Below are positions 27,150-32,000 of a stretch of DNA of 32,000 nucleotides, piece by piece. This DNA comes from an uncultured Eubacteriales bacterium. GTDB lineage: Bacteria > Bacillota > Clostridia > Oscillospirales > Butyricicoccaceae. The notes beneath the pieces are model-generated. The model was not told the origin of the DNA. It was given only the letters and a program-made list of their open reading frames with translations, and ran no database searches. Both the position numbers and the translations under genes were made by a program. How positions within the stretch are numbered: the stretch's first letter is position 1; every line of letters begins with the position of its first letter. The stretch covers positions 255,375-287,374 of the forward strand of contig CAKRRK010000001.1 of assembly GCA_934395135.1 (NCBI GenBank), in the 5' to 3' direction.

Positions 27150-27815
27150 TTATCCTTGATACGTTCCCGCAATGCCATCGTCCCCGGAAACCGTAAACAC
27201 GCCTTCTTCCTCACAACGGAAGGAAAGATCGCCTTCCACTGCGTCTTCGCCGGTGAAAAGATCCCCTCTGCCGCAGGACGCCGTATTTCCCTGCACCCTG
27301 GCGATGCCGGAAATGCTGTGTTCGCCTTCCAGATAAAACTCAAAAGAATTGGCGTCCGCCTGATACAGCGTCAGCGTATATCCATTCTCCTGGTTTGTAT
27401 ATTCCCCATCCCAGGCACACACTGCGTCCCTCTGCGGGTCATACAGCGGAAATTCCGCATAGGGCAGGATTTCGCTGCCGTCATAATAGAACAGGTCGCC
27501 GCTTTCTTTCTGCACCGCAATGCCGCCAATGACATCACTGCCTTTTGTTACCGTGAACACAAAATATCCCTGCGTGGTTTCGTCCGAAATGTCTTTCTCC
27601 TCTTCCAGCGCATAGGTTCCTTCTTCCAGCTTTTCCGCTGCAAGCTGATATGCATCCTCGTAGGTAAGGGTGCTGTCCGGCACATCCGCCGGGGAATCGT
27701 CCTGCGTCGGTGCAGGGTTGGGATCTTCCGGCGGGCGCTCCGTCCCGCTGCCATTACAGCCTGCCGCTGTCAGCAGCAATGCCAAAATCATCCATACTGC
27801 TAAAAACTTTCTCAT
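27150..27815 (-). CDS. Predicted lipoprotein of unknown function
   Basis: 221 aa MRKFLAVWMILALLLTAAGCNGSG; lipobox then acidic/proline linker; ATG overlaps the SDR stop codon (ATGA). Confidence 0.75.
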   Translation of the reverse strand: MRKFLAVWMILALLLTAAGCNGSGTERPPEDPNPAPTQDDSPADVPDSTLTYEDAYQLAAEKLEEGTYALEEEKDISDETTQGYFVFTVTKGSDVIGGIAVQKESGDLFYYDGSEILPYAEFPLYDPQRDAVCAWDGEYTNQENGYTLTLYQADANSFEFYLEGEHSISGIARVQGNTASCGRGDLFTGEDAVEGDLSFRCEEEGVFTVSGDDGIAGTYQG

Positions 27816-28579
27816 GCTTGTATCCTTTCGCTTCCCAGCGCCTTTTTTTCCTGAATCCGGCGGGTAATTTTGATGAGCAGCCCTTCCGGCAGCAACCTGG
27901 CTGCCAGCAATCCCGCTTTCATAGAAACTCCCGGCACAATTACACGTTTCCCTTTGAATAACATCTTCACCCCATACTCCGCGGCTTTCTCCGGCGCCAT
28001 TGGCTTCACAGAAGCATGAATGCCCGCATTTCGGTTAAATTCCGTATCCACCGGCCCCGGGCAGAAAGCGCATACCCGCACACTGCCGCCGGACTCTTCC
28101 TCAAAAACCGCTTGGGAAAGACGCAGCACATAACTTTTCGCTGCGTAATAGGAGGACAGAAACGGTCCTGCCATATATCCCGCGGAGGAGGCTACATTCA
28201 TTATATACCCTTTTCCCCGTTTCTGGAATGTTTTCAGGTAAAGTTTTGTTAAAATATGCGGCGCCTTTATATTCAGATCCAGCATAGTAAGTTCCCGTTC
28301 CAGAGACGTTTGCGAAAACCGCCCATACACGCCGAATCCGGCGGCGTTTATCAGCACCGACACATCCATTTCTTTCGTTTGCTCCCACAGTGCATAGCAC
28401 TGCCCGGGTACAGACAGATCCATACACAATACCATACATTTCACCGGCAGTTCCTCTGCCAGCTGCATGAGCCTATCCTCCCGGCGGGCGACCAGCACAA
28501 GGTCGTATCCCCGCCGGCTCAGCGCCTGGGCGATGCATTTTCCAAGTCCGGAACTTGCGCCGGTTACCACTGCCGTCAT
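27812..28579 (-). CDS. Short-chain dehydrogenase/reductase
   Basis: VVTGASSGLGKCIAQAL, NAAGFGVYG, MNVASSAGYMAGPFLSSYYAAKSYVL, FCPGPVDTEF. Confidence 0.93.
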   Translation of the reverse strand: MTAVVTGASSGLGKCIAQALSRRGYDLVLVARREDRLMQLAEELPVKCMVLCMDLSVPGQCYALWEQTKEMDVSVLINAAGFGVYGRFSQTSLERELTMLDLNIKAPHILTKLYLKTFQKRGKGYIMNVASSAGYMAGPFLSSYYAAKSYVLRLSQAVFEEESGGSVRVCAFCPGPVDTEFNRNAGIHASVKPMAPEKAAEYGVKMLFKGKRVIVPGVSMKAGLLAARLLPEGLLIKITRRIQEKKALGSERIQA

Positions 28580-28595
28580 AGTCTGGTTCTCCTTG

Positions 28596-29990
28596 TTACA
28601 GAGCGATGATCTGATCCCAGTTCAAAATTATGCTGTCCGTTCCCGGCTTTTTTATGGTGCTGCCGGCAGAATTCCAATACTGCACCTTTGTTTCGGAATA
28701 AATATTGTATTCCTCCGTTACAAGGCGGATTTCTTCCTCCAACGCCTCTGCTTTCACCGACATCACAACGCTGCATCGTTCCGTTCCAGGACCGGAAACC
28801 GTATATTCCGTCCGTCCCGCAGCGGCGCCGTTTTGGGATGCGGTAACCGAAATCGTCAGGGCATAGGTTTCCCCGGCCGCAGTCTCTTCCTGCAGGCTTA
28901 TGGTGGAAACGCCGTTTTTCTCTGTAAACTGCCCGTCGCACAGCGCCGCTCCAATCCGCTTTGCCGTGTCCTGCAGCGCCGTACTGTCGCAGCTTGTGAC
29001 CTCCACATCCCGCAAACAAGCGGCAATGAGGTCCCGTGTGTCGTCATAGGACGCCATATTGGCGCTGCTCCAAGGGATTTGCTCCATCTGGCTGCTCACC
29101 GCCGTCACCGAGCCGCCAATGATGTCCATTCCCCGTTCGTTGTCAACCTGATACCATAAATCGCCCTGCGTCCCGGCCAGAAGGTTGAAAATCTCTCCCT
29201 TCACGTAAGCGGTTTGCCCAGTTTCATAATAGGAAAGCTCCATATTTTCCAAGGCTTCCATCAACTGTGCGTTTTGCTGAGCGCTTTCTTTGTCAAGGCC
29301 CGCAAACAAGGCAGAAAGGTTGCTTTCCAGCCGGATGTCCGCAGACAGTTCCCTGCCTTCCCGAACCCCTTCAAATGTGCCGACGGTATCGTAGGCAGTG
29401 CCCGCCTCGTCAAACAATTCCGTAGCAAGGCGATAACTTCCTCTCAGACGATTGCCGCCGTGTTCCGCGGTTTCCCGCGCCAGGGCAATGTATTGATCCA
29501 TGCAGGAAAATTCCCCTGCCACCTCTTCTGCAATCCGGCGGGGATCGGTGATTACCGCCGTCATCTTTGCCTGGTCCCATCCCACGTTGTAGCCCAGACA
29601 CTGGGCTGCAAAGCGCACCGGTACAAACGTGCGATTGTTCATTGCAAAGGATTTGGCGTCTGTCACAACGGTTTTTTCTGTCCCGTTTTCCACCACCGTC
29701 ACATTGTAATCGCCAATGACAAACCGTACCGTGGTGTCGCCCTTCACTGCGACTACCGTCTTGCTTTCCGTCACATAATCCACGTCTGCGCCGAGGGTTT
29801 CAAAAATCGCCCGAAACGGCACATAGGTTCTGCCGGACATCGCCACCGGCGCGGCATCGGTAAACGTTACCGTTTTTCCGTCTGCAATCACGGAAATCCC
29901 ATGAATATACTCTACCGCATAAGCATTCAAGGTAACCGCGCCAATGATGGAAATCACCAGCAGCATCGCCCGGATGATATGCTTTTTCAT
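28596..29990 (-). CDS. Secreted protein with copper amine oxidase N-terminal (stalk) domain
   Basis: Signal sequence, GRTYVPFRAIFETLGADVDYVTESKTVVAV, NNRTFVPVRFAAQCLGYNVGWDQAKMTAVI, then about 300 aa of unassigned sequence. Confidence 0.85.
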   Translation of the reverse strand: MKKHIIRAMLLVISIIGAVTLNAYAVEYIHGISVIADGKTVTFTDAAPVAMSGRTYVPFRAIFETLGADVDYVTESKTVVAVKGDTTVRFVIGDYNVTVVENGTEKTVVTDAKSFAMNNRTFVPVRFAAQCLGYNVGWDQAKMTAVITDPRRIAEEVAGEFSCMDQYIALARETAEHGGNRLRGSYRLATELFDEAGTAYDTVGTFEGVREGRELSADIRLESNLSALFAGLDKESAQQNAQLMEALENMELSYYETGQTAYVKGEIFNLLAGTQGDLWYQVDNERGMDIIGGSVTAVSSQMEQIPWSSANMASYDDTRDLIAACLRDVEVTSCDSTALQDTAKRIGAALCDGQFTEKNGVSTISLQEETAAGETYALTISVTASQNGAAAGRTEYTVSGPGTERCSVVMSVKAEALEEEIRLVTEEYNIYSETKVQYWNSAGSTIKKPGTDSIILNWDQIIAL

Positions 29991-30053
29991 GCTATTTCAC
30001 TCCTAAATATCAAGTTTATGAAAGAATTCCTTTCACTTTCCTTACGATATCTT

Positions 30054-30082
30054 ACAATACCATATAAAATTTTCTTTGTCAA
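30054..30082 (-). promoter_or_regulatory. Predicted sigmaA promoter for the stalk-domain protein gene
   Basis: Minus strand TTGACA (30082-30077), 17-bp spacer, TATTGT (30059-30054). Confidence 0.7.
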
Positions 30083-30092
30083 AAAAATTACC

Positions 30093-30121
30093 TTGATTTT
30101 TGGATAATTCTGGTGTATAAT
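30093..30121 (+). promoter_or_regulatory. Predicted sigmaA promoter with no credible coding gene before the next terminator
   Basis: TTGATT (30093-30098), 17-bp spacer, TATAAT (30116-30121). Confidence 0.65.
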
Positions 30122-30127
30122 TTAGAT

Positions 30128-30292
30128 ATTCCAATAAAGTTTATAATTTTGTTACATAAGCTTTAATTTTTACTTGGTAATTAGAAATGGAAACGATGGT
30201 TTTGTTTCCCAATTTCTTTTTATTTCTCTTTTATCCCTTTATTACAGAAACAGGAACTCTTTCCCCCATAAGAGTTCCTGTTTCGCTTTTTT
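30128..30292 (+). ncRNA. Candidate noncoding RNA or attenuated leader
   Basis: Predicted start about 7 nt after the TATAAT; internal hairpin GAAAT(G)GAAAC/GTTTCC...ATTTC around 30183-30215; ends at a strong intrinsic terminator; no SD-led ORF. Confidence 0.4.
30247..30292 (+). terminator. Strong intrinsic terminator, plus orientation
   Basis: GAAACAGGAACTCTT-tcccccat-AAGAGTTCCTGTTTC (15-bp perfect stem) then GCTTTTTT. Confidence 0.88.
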
Positions 30293-30424
30293 CAGACTTG
30301 TCCATTGCCGCTCTGCGCCTTTCAGAGCAACAAAAAGCACTGAATAATCATAATATTCAGGAGAAAAATAGCGGTAATGCCAACGATAAATTCTTTGTCC
30401 AAGCGTTTCCCCTTTCTCTGGCTG

Positions 30425-30453
30425 TTGACAAACATTTGTGATTCACTTACAAT
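30425..30453 (+). promoter_or_regulatory. Predicted sigmaA promoter for the pyruvyl transferase gene
   Basis: TTGACA (30425-30430), 17-bp spacer, TACAAT (30448-30453). Confidence 0.75.
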
Positions 30454-30511
30454 TAAATGATATGGATATGTTCGAACGAATGCTTTTTCATACAATTCTA
30501 TGAGGTGAACT

Positions 30512-31708
30512 GTGAAAAATATACTTCTTTACCAGCATGGCGGCAGCAAAAACCATGGATGCGAAGCCTTAGCGCGCACGGTAACCACAATTTTAAAAGA
30601 ACAGATGGACGTTTCGGCTACCCTGTGTTCCAATCACCCGGAGGAAGACGCTTTGTACGGTCTGGACCAGGAACTGACCATCATCCAAAACAACCAGATC
30701 CTCAAACGATACAGTCCAAAATGGTTTCTCTACCAGGCGGACCGGCGGATTACCAAAAGCCGCGCGCTGCAGGAAGCCTTTCTGACGGAAAAAAATATCC
30801 TCCGCGCGGCGGAAGGCTGCGATCTCGCGATTGCCATTGGCGGCGACAATTACTGCTATCACAAAGGCCGGCAGTTCTGGCCCACCGACCGGAAGCTGAA
30901 AAAAAAAGGCGTTTCCACGATGCTTTGGGGATGTTCCATTGAACCGGAGGATTTGGACCGGGAGTTTGCGGCGCATCTCTCTTTGTTTGATTTAATTACC
31001 GTGCGGGAGTCCGTGTCGTTTGACGCGATGGCAGCGGCCGGCATCCCCCGGGAAAAAATGTTTCTCCTCCCGGATCCTGCCTTCACCCTTCCTGCCGACG
31101 AGCTTCCCCTGCCGGAGGGGTTTTCGCCAGATAACACGGTGGGAATCAACGTCAGTCCAATGATCATCGGCTGCGAACGCAGTCAGGGAGCGACTATGGA
31201 AAATTATGTCGCTTTGATGGATTATATTTTGAAGGAGACGGAAATGCACATTGCCCTCATCCCTCATGTGGTGTGGGAAGACAACGACGACCGTGTTCCC
31301 CTGTCTCTGCTTTATAAAAAATTCTGGCACACCGACCGTGTCGTTCTGCTGCCGGACTGCGGCTGTTCTGCCCTCAAAGGTTATATCGCACGGCTGCGTT
31401 TTTTTATCGGTGCACGCACCCATGCCACCATTGCGGCATATTCTTCCGGTGTGCCGACCCTTGTAGTGGGATACTCCGTCAAAGCCCGCGGTATCGCCCG
31501 GGATTTGTTCGGCACGGAGGAGGGCTATGTGCTCCCAGTCCAATCCCTCACCCGGCCGGAGGAACTCACCGCCGCATTCTGCCGTTTAGCCGGCGATGCG
31601 GACCGTATCCGCACCCGGCTTAACACCATCCTTCCGTCTTACCGGCAGGCGGCATTCGCCGCCGGCCAAAAGGCGGCGCAGCTTCTTGGAGAATACACCC
31701 ATGATTGA
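30512..31708 (+). CDS. Polysaccharide pyruvyl transferase family protein
   Basis: GTG start with GAGGTGA upstream; LLYQHGGSKNHGCEALARTV, AIGGDNYCYHKG, LWGCSIEPEDL, DLITVRESVSFDAM, ARTHATIAAYSSGVPTLVVGYSVKARGIARDLFG. Confidence 0.88.
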   Translation: MKNILLYQHGGSKNHGCEALARTVTTILKEQMDVSATLCSNHPEEDALYGLDQELTIIQNNQILKRYSPKWFLYQADRRITKSRALQEAFLTEKNILRAAEGCDLAIAIGGDNYCYHKGRQFWPTDRKLKKKGVSTMLWGCSIEPEDLDREFAAHLSLFDLITVRESVSFDAMAAAGIPREKMFLLPDPAFTLPADELPLPEGFSPDNTVGINVSPMIIGCERSQGATMENYVALMDYILKETEMHIALIPHVVWEDNDDRVPLSLLYKKFWHTDRVVLLPDCGCSALKGYIARLRFFIGARTHATIAAYSSGVPTLVVGYSVKARGIARDLFGTEEGYVLPVQSLTRPEELTAAFCRLAGDADRIRTRLNTILPSYRQAAFAAGQKAAQLLGEYTHD

Positions 31709-32000
31709 GAATCAACGAAAAGCGGGGGTGGCCCTGTCTTACGCTTCCATGCTCATTAATATTGCCATTGGCCTTATTTCCGTCCCTCTTATGAACCATT
31801 TTATGGGAAAATCGGAATACGGCATTTACGAGTTGATGGGTTCCCTCATCGCGTATATGTCGGTCATGGACTTCGGCCTGTCCGCCACCATTACCCGCTA
31901 TTACTCTCAGGCAATGGCAAAGGGCGATACGAAAGCCCGGGAGAATATCCTTGGAATTTCCTCGGTGATTTACATGGTCATTGCCGGGATTACCATTGTC
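31701..32000 (+). CDS. Oligosaccharide flippase/polysaccharide biosynthesis (MATE-like) protein, N-terminal part (truncated by window edge)
   Basis: ATG 31701, overlapping the previous gene by 8 nt: MIENQRKAGVALSYASMLINIAIGLISVPLMNHFMGKSEYGIYELMGSLIAYMSVMDFGLSATITRYYSQAMAKGD. Confidence 0.85.
   Translation, partial: MIENQRKAGVALSYASMLINIAIGLISVPLMNHFMGKSEYGIYELMGSLIAYMSVMDFGLSATITRYYSQAMAKGDTKARENILGISSVIYMVIAGITIV

Noticed and set aside
26871-27803. 310-aa plus-strand ORF overlapping the radical SAM 3' end and lipoprotein gene
   Set aside because: Crosses two terminators and lies antisense to the lipoprotein CDS.
30187-30441. 84-aa ORF METMVLFPNFFLFLFYPF... overlapping the candidate RNA
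   Set aside because: No Shine-Dalgarno, runs through the terminator hairpin and into the downstream promoter, no family resemblance.
1-32000. CRISPR arrays, tRNA/rRNA genes, transposases, integrases, phage structural genes
   Set aside because: No regularly spaced repeats, tRNA-like cloverleaf, rRNA-like segments or transposase/integrase motifs were recognised by eye; an automated scan (tRNAscan-SE, barrnap, CRISPR finder) would be needed for certainty.

Overview
The 32 kb window looks like the core chromosome of a spore-forming, Clostridia-like Firmicute. The evidence for that is spoIVB next to spo0A with tandem 0A-box-like sites, parvulin-type lipoproteins and iscU/nifS. From left to right it carries: polA 5' end, HU, spo0A, spoIVB, a small SLOG-like protein, a three-gene minus-strand cluster (WYL regulator, D12-class adenine methyltransferase, G3E-like GTPase fused to a DUF1980-like domain), nagB, a Zn-dependent dehydrogenase, a macrodomain protein, DegV, Asp23, a DAK2/FakA-like protein, pth, a GNAT, a sugar isomerase-like protein, an Mrp ATPase, a YfbR-like HD protein, nifS, nifU/iscU, mfd, two SurA/PrsA-like lipoproteins, a radical SAM protein, a lipoprotein, an SDR, a copper-amine-oxidase-N-domain protein, and the start of a surface polysaccharide locus (pyruvyl transferase and flippase). 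I found no CRISPR array, tRNA, rRNA, transposon or clear prophage. No undescribed system is proven. The best leads are: (1) a promoter-to-terminator unit with no credible ORF at about 30093-30292, a candidate sRNA or attenuated leader; (2) the WYL/orphan adenine methyltransferase/divergent GTPase cluster at 4399-7398; (3) a radical SAM/SPASM-like protein of unknown substrate preceded by an imperfect palindrome at its predicted transcription start. Family assignments were made by reading motifs. No database search was run.
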